A DNA stretch of 64,000 bases from Eledone cirrhosa (taxonomy: Eukaryota): the NCBI GenBank assembly GCA_964016885.1, contig OZ024760.1, forward strand, positions 25,482,001 to 25,546,000, written 5' to 3'. This document shows, one piece after another, positions 44,156 through 58,138 of the stretch. The first letter of the stretch is position 1, and each line of letters starts with the position of its first letter. The notes beneath the pieces are model-generated. The model made no database searches. It worked only from the letters and a program-made list of their open reading frames with translations, and had not been told where the DNA came from. The position numbers and the translations under genes were made by a program.

Positions 44156-44232
44156 GCGAAGGAAAAGTGGTAAGGAACCAGGTGGACCATAACGCACCAA
44201 AGTACTCAATACTTAGGGTAGTAGAGTGGGTA

Positions 44233-44343
44233 ATAGGAGTAAGTAAGACCCCGACGGCTGAGCTCAAGCCGTTTCGACGGCTAATTCTGTACAGAATTAG
44301 CCGTCGAAACGGCTTGAGCTCAGCCGTCGGGGTCTTACTTACT

Positions 44344-44348
<5 letters not shown>
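44233..44348. repeat. Perfect 116-bp spacer-less palindrome made of two hammerhead 3' halves (family F)
   Basis: The 58-bp arms were checked base by base and centre on ctgt|acag. Each arm contains GAA-ACGGCT-TGAGCTC-AGCCGT-C^GGGGTC. Confidence 0.9.
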
Positions 44349-44399
<51 letters not shown>

Positions 44400-44493
44400 T
44401 ATTAAGTTGTTAAACAATATTCAATGATTATGTCAAATAATACTACCTTGATTAAATCTTAACCATTTAACATCTCAGGGTATGTCATGTATC

Positions 44494-44556
44494 ATTATAT
44501 TTTATCTGATGAGGACGTACTGTTATACCTCTGAAATATGTATAATAAAATGTAAT
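44494..44556 (+). ncRNA. Minimal type I hammerhead ribozyme, family A
   Basis: ATTATATTTTAT-CTGATGA-GGA c GTA..TAC c TCT-GAAA-TATGTA-TA^ATAAAATGTAAT. Stem I is 12 bp. Confidence 0.8.
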
Positions 44557-44591
44557 TGATCAAAAGAACATCTATTTTATTAATACTTATA

Positions 44592-44636
<45 letters not shown>

Positions 44637-44711
44637 TTATTAAAATAACAGATTAAAGTTTAAGCAAAGAATCGCTACTTTCACCCTTAACGGAATCTTC
44701 AAATTTATTAT

Positions 44712-44830
<119 letters not shown>

Positions 44831-45256
44831 TTTAATCTGTAAAGAAAATTCCGTTGTAAGTGTATGCATGCGTGTGTGTGAAGGAATGGAATAACGGTAT
44901 GGCTGATGTATGTTGTTGGTTTATAGGAATAGTTTGATATAGTGTAATTAACGAATAGACCAACCGGAATAACAGAATATACTTCCATAAACGCTTTAGC
45001 TTACTATTTCAACACTAAGATTTGCTTAATCATGGTTCGTTTTGGAGAGGCAAAATTTGTCTGCTGCATATGGCGGAACCTGTCTATTCTTGTATTCACT
45101 TTTATTCCTCTATTATTTCTTCTTCAACCATCTCTCTCTCTTTCTCTTTTTCTGATGTTCTCTCTCTCTCTATTTATCTATCTATCTTTCTTTCTCTCTC
45201 TCTCTCCATCTCTCTATCTCTCTCTCTCACACACCCACGCGCCCTCTATTATCGAC

Positions 45257-45306
<50 letters not shown>

Positions 45307-45357
45307 AGTTATAGTTATACTTATCTACAAAGTTATCTCTCACTCCCTCTCTCTTTC

Positions 45358-45405
<48 letters not shown>

Positions 45406-45599
45406 GGTATAATTATAGTTATACCTATCTATCTAATTATCTCTCTCTCTCTCTCTCTCTTTATATATATATATATATTTGAATTGTAGGCGTCTCAACG
45501 CAAACGACCTCAATAATAGCCGCTCCATGTGAATATTTGAGAGAATTAGGTAAAATACGCATATAGAGGCAAAAAAGTGAACGGAATCACCTGTGACGA

Positions 45600-45669
<70 letters not shown>

Positions 45670-45778
45670 ATGTATATATATATATATATATGTATATATA
45701 TAGAGAGAGAGAGATATATCCCTTTGGCATATTGCCCGAAACATGTAGTGATTGCAATTTTGTGTATGTGTGTGTACT

Positions 45779-45809
<31 letters not shown>

Positions 45810-45810
45810 G

Positions 45811-45902
<92 letters not shown>

Positions 45903-46106
45903 TGTGTATATAATTAGCTAACTACCATGTAAGTATCTAGATAAATGCCTAACGAGCTATTTTACGCAGACTAAGTCACACACACACACACACACACATG
46001 CAGACACACACACACACATATCTATATATTGTTGGATAGATCGATTCATAGGTTGAGAGATAATTAGATAGGTAGGTAGTTATACATACATATACACAAT
46101 AGTGTT

Positions 46107-46176
<70 letters not shown>

Positions 46177-46212
46177 TGAGTAGAATGAATTAGAGGAAGC
46201 GCAAGTAATACG

Positions 46213-46311
<99 letters not shown>

Positions 46312-46383
46312 AAGGGCAGATTGCTTTCAAATTAAAATCTTCACGCACATATGTATATATATATATATATATTTATATATGTT

Positions 46384-46436
<53 letters not shown>

Positions 46437-46568
46437 GTGAAGTTTTTTTTACAAAATGAAAAATAACCGAGGTGTCCTACACGAGTGAAAGTATAAAGAA
46501 AAAGAGATGAAATCGAAAATGCAACTGGAGTCTTATTTTTAAAAAAAAATATATATATTTATTTGGTT

Positions 46569-46606
46569 CTTTTACCGGTTTCGCAGTTCTTCTGCTTTTC
46601 AAAAGG
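46569..46606 (-). ncRNA. Hammerhead-like motif with U3-A8 core (family G)
   Basis: Minus: CCTT-TTGAAAA-GCAG-AAGAA-CTGC-GAA-ACCGGT-A^AAAG. Stem II covaries with the 36054 copy, but stem I is weak. Confidence 0.5.
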
Positions 46607-46799
46607 TGAGTTGAGATGGTGGGTCTGTGGTTTTTCTCAATATATAGTATTTACAGCTGTATGTAATTTGTACAGTGTAGTAATACGATCTGATATACCA
46701 CCTAATAAAACTGATTTAACAAACCATGTCTCTTCAACTAGATATAAAGAGATTCTACTGCAATAAACCCACATTCGTTACAAACTATCCGAGCATTTA

Positions 46800-47120
46800 T
46801 GTGCCATCTTTTGCGATAAAACGTTTTTAAAATCCTGACTAGCTAATCCACAATTCTTATGCAGTATTAGAGAAATAAAATATGAACTGTTTGTAATTTG
46901 TGCGGGGTTGAAATGCGATCTGACAAACCCGTTTTACCAAAACGTGCTTCTTCAGCTAAGCACAAATACTGCTGTAGTAAATTTAAATTCGTCACAAATT
47001 ATCAAAGCGTGTGTTCTTTTTGTTTTCCAGTAACATGCTCTCTATAATTTTGGACGAATCTACTGATATTGCTCGTTGAAACATCGGTTTGTCTTAGACA
47101 TTACAGTAAACAACGAATTA
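46800..47120 (+). pseudogene. Highly decayed hAT-type transposase fragment
   Basis: 47041-47073 encodes SIILDESTDIA, the first catalytic-Asp motif of hAT/ZBED/ZNF862-like transposases. Upstream KRASSAKHK resembles a zinc-finger end. Many stops and frameshifts. Confidence 0.45.
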
Positions 47121-47299
47121 TATACATTGACTATTCACAACTTGTAATTAAGCAATGACATAGTTGAAAGAATGTTTTAAAGGGTAACTTTCCATCAAAA
47201 CTAAACTGAGAAATACGATGGGGTCAGTTTTACTTTCGTCAATTTGGGACTAAAAATGTAAATTGAAGAAAAAACATTTGCTCGTATAACTCTACTCTA

Positions 47300-47575
47300 T
47301 GTGAAGCCATGTCAAATTATGATAAACTGAAGTCATGTTGATGTACGACTTAAATGAAGCTACATCAAATTATGACTCGAGTGAAGCTATGTTGATATAC
47401 GACTTAAGTGAAGTTATATTGAAGTAGAACTCAAGTGAAGCTATAAAGTACGACCTAAGTATGACTAGAGCGAAGCCATGTTGATGTACGACTTAAGTAC
47501 AACTATATCAAAGAACGACTCCAGTAAAGATATGAAGTACGACCTAAGTGAAGCCATACTGATGTACGACTTCAG
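47300..47575 (+). repeat. Degenerate ~27-bp tandem repeat
   Basis: Recurring gtgaagc.atgttgatgtacgacttaa-like units. Confidence 0.7.
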
Positions 47576-48029
47576 AATCTACAAAAACGATGTGGAATTA
47601 GTGAAGATAGAATGAAATTATCGATATATTAAAATTTTAGATTTTAAAGGTAAGAATTCTATTGGTTATCAACTAAATTAAAACTGACTTATGAGCTATT
47701 CCTTCATTTATATAAATATATGACTGATGAAGGTCCACTTAATGGCCGGTGACCCTGGATTTCTGGGTCATTCGTTTGTATTTTTATTTCATTTAAATAT
47801 TTTTTTAAAGGTTACCCCTTCGTTGTCTTGTCCTCTCTTTGTTAATTTTCTTAAGTTTATATATATATATATTGCTCTGTAAAACAACTCATGTTATTAC
47901 ATTGAGCTATTTATCTTACTGGTAATAAGATAGTAATAAATGACTATCTTTCACAGTTTGGGGTTTGTATAAAAAATATATAACCATAAAAGGTTTTATT
48001 ATATACATAACCATAAATAGTATCCTTAA

Positions 48030-48065
<36 letters not shown>

Positions 48066-48262
48066 AGGGTATATGTTGAGTTAGAAACTCAAAGTAGTCT
48101 CTTACAATTAAATAGATCAAGAGATTTTTCCGGGCCGTATAATATAATTCAATATGATAGAGATAAATACAGATTTATACGTGTACATATATGTGTTCAA
48201 ATCTGGTCCCTTACGATTTGATCACATATATGTATATATCTGTGTTTATCTCTTTTATATTC

Positions 48263-48307
<45 letters not shown>

Positions 48308-49124
48308 AATACTCAACATTTGATAAGATGATTTTTACTAATACATCGAAACGGGTTATACGTGATAAACATTATAAAACTTTTTTTTTAAGAATTGTCC
48401 CTTTCATTTTTTCAATAATGTCACTTTGACGAATCAAAGAAAGGAAAAAGAAAAACAGATCCTTAAATATATAGTCCATGCTCTCTCTATCTCTCTCTGG
48501 TGTCCCCAAAAAATGTATATATACTTCAAATGCTTGTCATTTCCGAGTTTTCTCTTTCCTATATTTCTCTTAATATGTCCACAGATATAAAAATCTATCA
48601 GGGTAAGATCTGTTATATAAAGTGCGTTTGTGTGGGTGAAAGCGCGTGACTTTGTAGTTAGCTTGTTTGTTTCCAGATCGTAAGGTTGTAAGTTCGACTC
48701 CCAGTGGCGCGAAGTGTCCTTAAGCAAGAAACTTTATATCACGCTACTCCAATCCCCACAAATGGCAACAAAATGGGATGCCCTGCATTTGAAAGAACCA
48801 GCTGTGTCAAACTATGTCAAGGGTACACGTGTCTGTGTCTGTCTTACACAATGTTCAACCACTTACATATTAAATTCAGGAGCAGGGTGATCTGTTGTCC
48901 AAACAACTAGAACAATCGCCGTAGAAATCAATGGAGGTTCACTCCTTATTTTAGAAACTACTTGTATGGAACATTGTTGAATGGGGTCACACAAGGCTAT
49001 GATCATCTTTGTCGTTGATTGTTAGGTACGGGCTTGGCTGTGCGTTTAGGGCTCAATATCGCCGTGTGGCACAACTGGGTCACTCGTCACCGGAGACGCC
49101 GAACATCGACCAACATATTTATCG

Positions 49125-49174
<50 letters not shown>

Positions 49175-49185
49175 GCAGAGATCTA

Positions 49186-49227
<42 letters not shown>

Positions 49228-49250
49228 TTTTGATATTCTTGCTAAATAAA

Positions 49251-49437
49251 ATTGTTTCTACTTTTGGCACAAAGCCAGCAATTACCCAGTGTATTACTGG
49301 TACTTTATTTTATCGACCCCGTAAGGATGAAAGGCAAAGTTAATCTCGGCGGGATTTGAACTCAGAATGGCAAGGGCCGTAACTCTATACGTCAAAGCAT
49401 GGCGTCCGACCCTCTACCGATACTGCCAATACACCGC
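49251..49437 (-). mobile_element. tRNA-derived SINE family 1
   Basis: Full-length copy matching those at 30214 and 35260. Confidence 0.8.
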
Positions 49438-49564
49438 AAATATAATGGCTGTTCCTCACATGTGACCGTGGGTCGATTTTAGGAACCTTAAAACTGTAGT
49501 AGAGACTTCTGTTGATCTTGGTCTGTCTGTTGGTCACTCGCAGGTGTAAGCCCTTACATGTGAT

Positions 49565-49643
<79 letters not shown>

Positions 49644-50191
49644 TAGTAATAAATTTGAAGACTAAAATCCAAAGAGGGCTCGATAAGGATTATATATATA
49701 TATATCGTCCACGATTTCACAGAACTTATGTTCATCGATTTCAGGGACTTGACTCCTTCTTCCTCACTTTTCGTTGCATTACCATCTTTGTTTGTTTACT
49801 GTCTCGCTCCTTCCCTCCCCCTATTTACGTGTCCCAACGACTTTCTTTAGCCGTTGCTCGCACCAACTGGAGGTATATGGTCTTTAAAGTGATGAAATAC
49901 CAATGAAGGCTAGAAGATCACTGATGAAGGACTAAATTTATTCATATATGTAACCCATTTGCAACCACGCAGGACGCCATGTTTATATATATAAGTATAT
50001 ATTACACAAAGAGAAGTGTGTTACAGTGAGATGTGTGTAATAATTCTTTACACACATCTCACTGTGTAACACACTTCTCTTTGTGTAATATATACTTGCA
50101 TTTGATCTCAGAAGGAAATTCTCTATTCTTCTTTGAGCTAATACTATTATTATTATAGTGAACTGCGGAATACTCTTAATTCCGATCTTTG

Positions 50192-50225
<34 letters not shown>

Positions 50226-50242
50226 ATTTATAAACCCATAAT

Positions 50243-50309
50243 TATTTTAATATATATATTTCAAGGGCAACCAAGGCAAATTGTTGGTGCGCTTTCATCA
50301 GATAAAATA
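50243..50309 (-). ncRNA. Minimal type I hammerhead, family A
   Basis: Minus: TATTTTAT-CTGATGA-AAG c GCACCAA..TTGGTTGC c CTT-GAAA-TATATA-TA^TTAAAATA. The first stem I pair is mismatched. Confidence 0.7.
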
Positions 50310-50599
50310 CAAATTTTGTTTTATAAATGTTGACATACCCGCAGAAAAACAACCTTGATGGTTGAAGGTTCTCTGGATGGTGTATATATAATAAAATAAT
50401 TATCGTTTTATAAATATAGTTTCCATTTATTATAATATTGAATATTTACTCCAGTAATTTGTTGAGTGCTTTATATCAGATATAAAACTTTTAAGCTTGT
50501 TGAATTCGAACAAATTAAATATAACATTTGCATATATATATATATTAAGAAAATTAAAAAAATTAAAAATTAACTTACTTACTAAAATATATATATATA

Positions 50600-50649
50600 T
50601 AAAACAATACATTTTATACGTATATATATATATATAAAACAATACATTT

Positions 50650-50692
<43 letters not shown>

Positions 50693-50775
50693 ATACATTT
50701 TATATATACATATATATATAAAACAATACATTTTATACGTATATATATATATATATAAAACAATACATTTTATAC

Positions 50776-50811
<36 letters not shown>

Positions 50812-50947
50812 ATACATTTTATACGTATATATATATATATATATAAAACAATACATTTTATACGTATATATATATATATATATAAAACAATACATTTTAT
50901 ACGTATATATATATATATATATATATATAAAACCGTACATTTTATAC

Positions 50948-50990
<43 letters not shown>

Positions 50991-51010
50991 CATACATTGT
51001 ATACGTATAT
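50600..51010 (+). repeat. Array of ~10 aaaacaatacattttatacg units with variable (TA)n spacers
   Basis: Read directly. Confidence 0.85.
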
Positions 51011-51077
51011 ATAGATAGCAAATGTTTAGATGATCCCGTTAAGGGTGGAGGCAACGATTCTTGGACTTTAATCTGTT

Positions 51078-51125
<48 letters not shown>

Positions 51126-51126
<1 letters not shown>

Positions 51127-51211
51127 CTAGTACTGTTTCATTCAGATGAAATCTTCAGGAAGCTTCCTGAAGATTTCATCTGAATGGAACAGTACTAGTC
51201 CTGTAGAAGCT
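51126..51211. ncRNA. Head-to-head family B hammerhead pair
   Basis: Near-perfect palindrome centred on GGAAGCTTCC. Plus copy: AGCTTC-CTGAAGA-TTTC-ATCT-GAAT-GGA-ACAG-TACTAGTC-CTGT-A^GAAGCT (A13>G). Confidence 0.62.
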
Positions 51212-51497
51212 CCTTCTATAAAATAAAAAGAATTTTACTCTGCCATGTATTGAGTACCTTACTTACTGTGGTTATCCCCGACTCAACCCGGGACCTACGT
51301 ATATATATATATATATATATATAATCAGGATGGGTTCATTTTGAAACTGGGTATACCACTACTCACGAGAGTACTCGTTGTAGTAGAGTATGGTTATATT
51401 ATAAAGAGTTAAGACCCAACGGCTGAGCTCTTGCCATTTCAACAGATAGTTCCAGAATCTGGAACTGTTGAAACACACACTGTATGTATGTATATAT

Positions 51498-51576
<79 letters not shown>

Positions 51577-51935
51577 CATACATACATACATACATACATA
51601 CATACATACAGACGTTGTGAGTGTGTATGTATGATTAGATGTGTGTGTGTGTGTGTGTGTGTGGAAATGGTTTGCGCTGTAGAAGTGTCTAAGTACCGAA
51701 AAGTCATCTCTGGAAGTATTTGTAGTCGAGTGATCACGTGTCGTATGTGACAGCCATTTACTATTAACCAACCTAGTTGCCATGGTTACGCACTCGGCGT
51801 ATCAATGGACATTCTTCTCATTTCCCTGAAATTTCTGTTGCCTGGGAGACCGGTTACTATAGCTACCACTATGCACCGACTTAGGCAATTATGTATCTTC
51901 TATCTGCAGGCGACATTCTTTCACACACATATTTA

Positions 51936-51985
<50 letters not shown>

Positions 51986-52160
51986 ATATATCATGACCTA
52001 TATAGAGTATATATGACCTATATACGTATATATGTTTGTGTATGTGCATATATATATATGCATGCATATATACATATGCATATATATATATATATGCATA
52101 CATATATGCATATATATATATATAGATATATACATATGCATATATATATATATAGATATA

Positions 52161-52202
<42 letters not shown>

Positions 52203-52420
52203 TATATACATATGCATATATATAGATATATATATATATATATATATAGATATATACATATGCATATATATAGATATATACATATGCATATATATATAGA
52301 TATATATATATAGATATATATATATGCATATATATATATATATATATATACATATGCATATATATATATATATATATACATATGCATATGCATATATATA
52401 TATATATATATATATACATA

Positions 52421-52467
<47 letters not shown>

Positions 52468-52469
52468 GC

Positions 52470-52500
<31 letters not shown>

Positions 52501-52690
52501 CATATATACATATTTATACACACACACACGTGTCTGTGTGAGAGAGAGTGTGTGTGTGTGCTGAGTTTATATTATCATATAAACTCGCTTGGACACATTA
52601 CTCACTCAATACAGTATTGAATGAACTTTTACCGAACAAAACCGAACTTAGGGTGCTGACCGAGTGTTTGTTTGCAATGTGGCATGTGCA

Positions 52691-52725
<35 letters not shown>

Positions 52726-52763
52726 AATAAATACAAATACCAAAATCCGAAGAGGCCTTGGTA

Positions 52764-52816
<53 letters not shown>

Positions 52817-52969
52817 GCTATCCACCCACCCCCACCCCACACGCCTCGCACCCTTTCACCACTTTTTATACCCTCTTTTTAATTTTTTTCCTTCCCTACA
52901 TTTTCCTACATTTTAATGTCTTTCCACCACACCCCCACACTCCCTCGGAACTGTCTTCCTTCCCACTTT

Positions 52970-53005
52970 TCTCTTGATGAAGGGCTTATGCCCGAAACAT
53001 CGTCC
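52970..53005 (+). ncRNA. Degenerate minimal PLE-type hammerhead (YTGATGA-A-GGGC..GCCC-GAAA)
   Basis: TTGATGA-A-GGGC-TTAT-GCCC-GAAACATC after a C/T-rich tract. Stem I is poor. Confidence 0.45.
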
Positions 53006-53181
53006 CCCACTCTCAAGCGCGAACCTAATATTAACACTTTGTATTGCTCTCTTGGTTATTGTTTTTATTTTCTGTTTCAACTGAGGATCCGCTAAGGTGA
53101 AACTGTTGTTACCACTTCTACCTAACTCGTCCCATGGACTAAGTGCTCTATCACTACGGATATTACCTTCCAGTGTTCTAC

Positions 53182-53254
<73 letters not shown>

Positions 53255-53539
53255 ATATAAATATATAATATAAATAAAGTTTCATACACTTAACAGGAAA
53301 GTACGACCAATATTTTATGGGTATAGTTATAGCAACCACTGTATATTGGAGTAGGCACTTCTAGCCTGGTCCTTCATCCATGTCTGTCCACGGATCTGGT
53401 TTAGTTCGGATCTAGCTGTCGAAACGGCCGGAGCTCAGCCGTCGGAGTCCTGACTTTATTTATTACCCACTTTACTGCCCCAAGTATCGAGTACCCTGGT
53501 GCGTTATGGTGCACCTCGTTCCTTGCCACCCTTTCTTTG

Positions 53540-53580
<41 letters not shown>

Positions 53581-53668
53581 CATATATATATATATTTATA
53601 TATATATATATTTATAATTGGTGTTGGATGCTTAATGAGCACTCGATGCCCTCGTAGAGCAGAGTATG

Positions 53669-54006
53669 ATATCACAGAAAAACGAGAATCAGTGTTACGA
53701 CGAAAGGAATTTATTGGACATATTACAATTGTTTCTCGGGCGACCAGCTCGAGGCAGGATCGATGTGGTGATCAAGCCTGACTCTGAAATCGCGCGGTCC
53801 TCGGATACATCTCGATTCTACGAAGCATATATATATATAGGAAAATCTGCTTCGTAGAATCGAGACGTGTCCGAGGATCACGCGATTTTAGAGTCAGGTT
53901 TGATCACCACATCGATCGTGCCTCGACATTGTCGCCCGAGAAACAATTGTAATATGTCCAATAAATTCCTTTCGTCGCAACACTGATTCTCTTTTTTCTG
54001 TGATAT
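53669..54006. repeat. Long inverted repeat (~160-bp arms, ~20-bp TA-rich spacer)
   Basis: Arms 53669-53827 and 53848-54006 are reverse complements with scattered mismatches. Confidence 0.9.
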
Positions 54007-54220
54007 ATATGTATGTATATATGTATGTATGTATGTATGTACGAAGTGTTTCCGCAGGAAGGGTAAAGGAAAAGAGAGTGCTCTATATATGCTTCAAGTG
54101 GATATTTTTCCCGTTATTTTATTTTATTTCTCATCTTTATTTTATTACATATCAGCCTCGCTTTCAATTGTTTTAGCTTTTGTTTTTAAATTCATATCTT
54201 ACGTCCGTCCATATTAAAAT

Positions 54221-54292
54221 TTCCATCCGATGAGCGATTTTAGACGTCTCTGTTGTGCTCGTCTGTCTTCGTGAAACCTTTGGTAAATGGAA
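54221..54292 (+). ncRNA. Degenerate hammerhead, family E
   Basis: TTCCAT-CCGATGA-GCGA..TAGACG..CGTCTG..TCGT-GAAA-CCTTTGG-TA^AATGGAA. Confidence 0.5.
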
Positions 54293-54317
54293 TAATTGTC
54301 TTATGTTGTTTATTACA

Positions 54318-54379
<62 letters not shown>

Positions 54380-54449
54380 ATATATACACAATTATTACAT
54401 TGAACAGTAGGACCCTATATTATATAAAGAGGCTCTGCTATTTGCAATA

Positions 54450-54846
54450 ATTGTTTCTACTTTTGGCACAAGGCCAGCAATTAAACCGAGGTTAACTTTG
54501 CCTTTCATCCTTACGGGGTCGATAAAATAAAGTACCAGTGTATTACTGGTACTTTATTTTATCGACCCCGTAAGGATGAAAGGCAAAGTTAACCTCGGCG
54601 GGATTTGAACTCAGAATGGCAAGGGCCGTAACTCTATGCGTCAAAGCATGGTGTCCGCTCCTCTAATAATTGTTTCTACTTTTGGCACAAGGCCATCAAT
54701 TACCCAGTGCATTACTGGTACTTTATTTTATCGACCCTGTAAGGATGAAAGGCAAAGTTAACCTCGGTGGGATTTGAACTCAGACCGCAAAGGGACGTAA
54801 CTATGCTGGAAAGCATGGCGTCCGACCCTCTACCGATACTGCCAAT
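54450..54846 (-). mobile_element. Two tandem SINE family 1 copies, the first with an internal 54-bp inverted duplication
   Basis: Copies at ~54450-54660 and ~54670-54846. Inverted arms at 54486-54539 and 54545-54598. Confidence 0.8.
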
Positions 54847-55296
54847 GGTGATGGCTGTGATGGGGTTGTTACTGTTATTGACAAAGTCATGGTGGTAAAC
54901 GTGGTCAGTCGTTAGTGCTCGATATTTAACCTGGTCTGTACCTTCTCAGTTCAAATCCCATCGAGGGCCACTGTGCTTTTCGTCCTTTCGTGTTCGATGA
55001 AATACAATCCCTGTACTGTAGAAAATATTAATGGTGTTTGTTGTTGTTGTAGCCATATTTATTGTTGTTATTGTTGTTACTGTGGTTATTGTAGGTGTTG
55101 TTGTTGTTATTGTTGAGGTTCTTGTTACCTTTGTTACTGTTTGTTGTTGTTGTTGTTGTTGTTAATGTTAGACTTGTTGCGGTTGTTGTTGCTGCTGTTA
55201 TCGTATTTGTTATTGTTGTTGTGGTTGTTGCTGTTGTTTTTATTGTTGAGACTTATGTGCCTGTTGTTGTTGCAACAACAGACACAAGAGCAGTAT

Positions 55297-55328
<32 letters not shown>

Positions 55329-55569
55329 CTTGTTGTTGTTGTAGTTTTGTTGGTGTTTTTTACTCATTTCTTACGTTAGGGCACTCTTAATTAATTATGT
55401 CACATTAATTAAACTGGAAATCTTTTGATGTATCTGCTACACTGCCGCCAATGACACCTGCACTAGCAGCAGCGCCAGTAGTAGTAGCACCAGTAGCACT
55501 GACAGAAGTAGTCCAACTTAATCATCAGCAACATTAGCTGCAGCTCGCATACCAAAACCAGCACCAAAA

Positions 55570-57975
55570 ATGAACCAGATAACCAACACCAACAACACCA
55601 CCAATACCAACACCAATACCAACAACACCACCACCAACACCACCACCAACACCAACACCACCAACACCACCACCAACACCACCACCAACACCACCAACAC
55701 CACCAACACCAACACCACCACCAACACAACCACCAACACAACCACCAACACAACCACCAACACAACCACCAACACAACCACCAACACCACCAACACCACC
55801 AACACCAACACCACCACCACCAACACAACCACCAACACAACCACCAACACAACCACCAACACAACCACCAACACCACCAACACCACCAACACTAGCAACA
55901 ACAACACTAGCAACAACAACACTAGCAACAACAACACTAGCAACAGAACTAGCAACAACAAAAACACCAACAACACCAAAAACATCAATAGCACCACCAC
56001 CAACACCGCCACCACATACAACACTAGCAACAACAAAAACACCATCACCACCTTCAACAACAACACCATCATCACTGCCACCAACAACACCACCATCACC
56101 GCCACCACAATCACCGCCACCAACACCACCAACACCGACAACAACAATAACAACGACAATAACACCAACAATAAAAACACCACCACCAACAACCGCACCA
56201 ACAACAGCATCACCACCACCAACAACAACAACAACAACAGCATCACCACCACCAACATCAACACCACCACCGTCGTCACCACGACCACTACCACCACCAC
56301 CACCACCACCAACACTACAACACTCCACCGTCGCCACTACCACCATTACCACCATCACCAACACCAACACAGTCGCCACCACTACCAACACCACCACAAC
56401 CACCACCAACACTACAACACACCACTGTCGCCACCACCACCATTACCACCACCAACACCACAACACACCACCGTCGCCACCAACACCACCAACGTCACCA
56501 CCACAAACACTACAACACACCACCGTCGCCACCACCACCATTACCACCATCACCAAAACCAACACCACCAACACCACAATACACCACCACAATCACCAAC
56601 ACAACACACGAGCGTCGCCACCACCACCATTACCACCATTACCACCATTACCACCAACACCACCACCACCAACACCACCAACACCACCACCATCACCAAC
56701 ACAACACACCACCGTCGCCACCACCACCATTACCACCAACACCACCAACACCACCACCACCACCACCACCACCAACACCACAACACACCACTGTCGCCAC
56801 CACCACCACCATCACCACAACACACCACCGTCGCCACCATCACCACCACCACCACCATCATCATCATCAATAAACTTTACCATTGTTCCATTATTCGTCT
56901 ATAAAGCATTTTTATCGGTAGAAGTGTCGTTGGCAGAGCCTGTTGGACAGATCGATAAATAGGTTAATAATTTGATAGTTAGTGTGAACGGTATGATTGA
57001 TTGGCGGTATAGTTTGGTCAGATGTTCAATAAGATCTAAGGAATACCGACAGTTTACAGATGGTAGACCAATAGTTGTCTGGGTAATGTCTTAAGATGGT
57101 ACCTTGGAAGGTAAGAGGGGGGCTGGTTCGAGTTGGTGTATTTGGTGGTGGTGTTGGTGGTGTGGCGGCAGTGGTGTTGGTGGTGGTGTATTTGGTAGTG
57201 GTGGTGGTATTGGTGTTGGTAGTGGTGTTGGTGTATTTGGTAGTGGTGTTGGTGGTGGTGGTAATGGTGTTGGTAGTGGTGTTGATGTATTTGGTGGTGT
57301 TGGTGGTGTTGGTAGTGGTGTTAGTGTATTTGGTATTGGTGGTGGTGGTATTGGTGGTGGTGGTGTTGGTAGTGGTGTTGGTGTATTTGGTAGTGGTGTT
57401 GGTGTATTTGGTAGTGGTGGTGGTGTTGGTGTATTTGGTAGTGGTGTTGGTAGTGTTGGGAGTGGTGTTGGTATTGGTGGTGTTGGTAGTGGTAGAGGTG
57501 TTGGTATTTTTCGTAGGGGTGTTGGTAGTGGTGGAGGTGTTGGTAGTGATGTTGGTAGTGGTAGAGGTGTTGGTATTGGTGGTGTTGGTAGTGGCGTAGG
57601 TGGCGGTGTTGGTAGTGGCGGTGTTGGTGGTGGTGTTGATGGTGGTGTTGTTGATGGTGGTAGTGTTGACCATAGTATTGTTAGTGTTAGTGTTGGTGTT
57701 TTTAGCGGTGGTGGTGTTGGTGTTTTTAGCGGTGGTGGTGTTGGTGTTTTTAGCGGTGGTGGTGTTGGTGTTTTTAGCGGTGGTGGCGTTGGTGTTTTTA
57801 GCGGTGGTGGTGTTGGTGTTTTTAGCGGTGGTGGTGTTGGTGTTTTTAGCGGTGGTATTGTTGGTGTTTTTAGCGGTGGTATTGTTGGTGTTTTTAGCGG
57901 TGGTATTGTTGGTGTTTTTAGCGGTGGTGGTGTTGGTGTTTTTAGCGGTGGTATTGTTGGTGGTGGTGGTGTTAG
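55570..57975. repeat. (ACC/AAC)n tract and an oppositely oriented (GGT/GTT)n tract with a 24-bp subrepeat
   Basis: 55570-56870 is C/A-rich and 57140-57975 is G/T-rich. Unit ggtgtttttagcggtggtggtgtt at ~57695-57960. Confidence 0.85.
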
Positions 57976-58138
57976 TGACACACACATTATATTCCTTTTA
58001 ATTCTGTTTCTATTTATTTTGATTTTCTTGTTTATTTTTATTACTATATTTCCACTCCTTTCATGTTTTTACTGTTAACTCCCCCCCCCCCCGCTCCCCC
58101 GTCTCACTCCCTCACTCCCTCTCGGAGCCCCCTCCCTA

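Noticed and set aside
47720-47775. Hammerhead at CTGATGA 47724
   Set aside because: GAAA is replaced by GTGA and stem I is unconvincing. At best a decayed copy.
49915-49960. CTGATGA at 49921
   Set aside because: No downstream stem II or GAAA.
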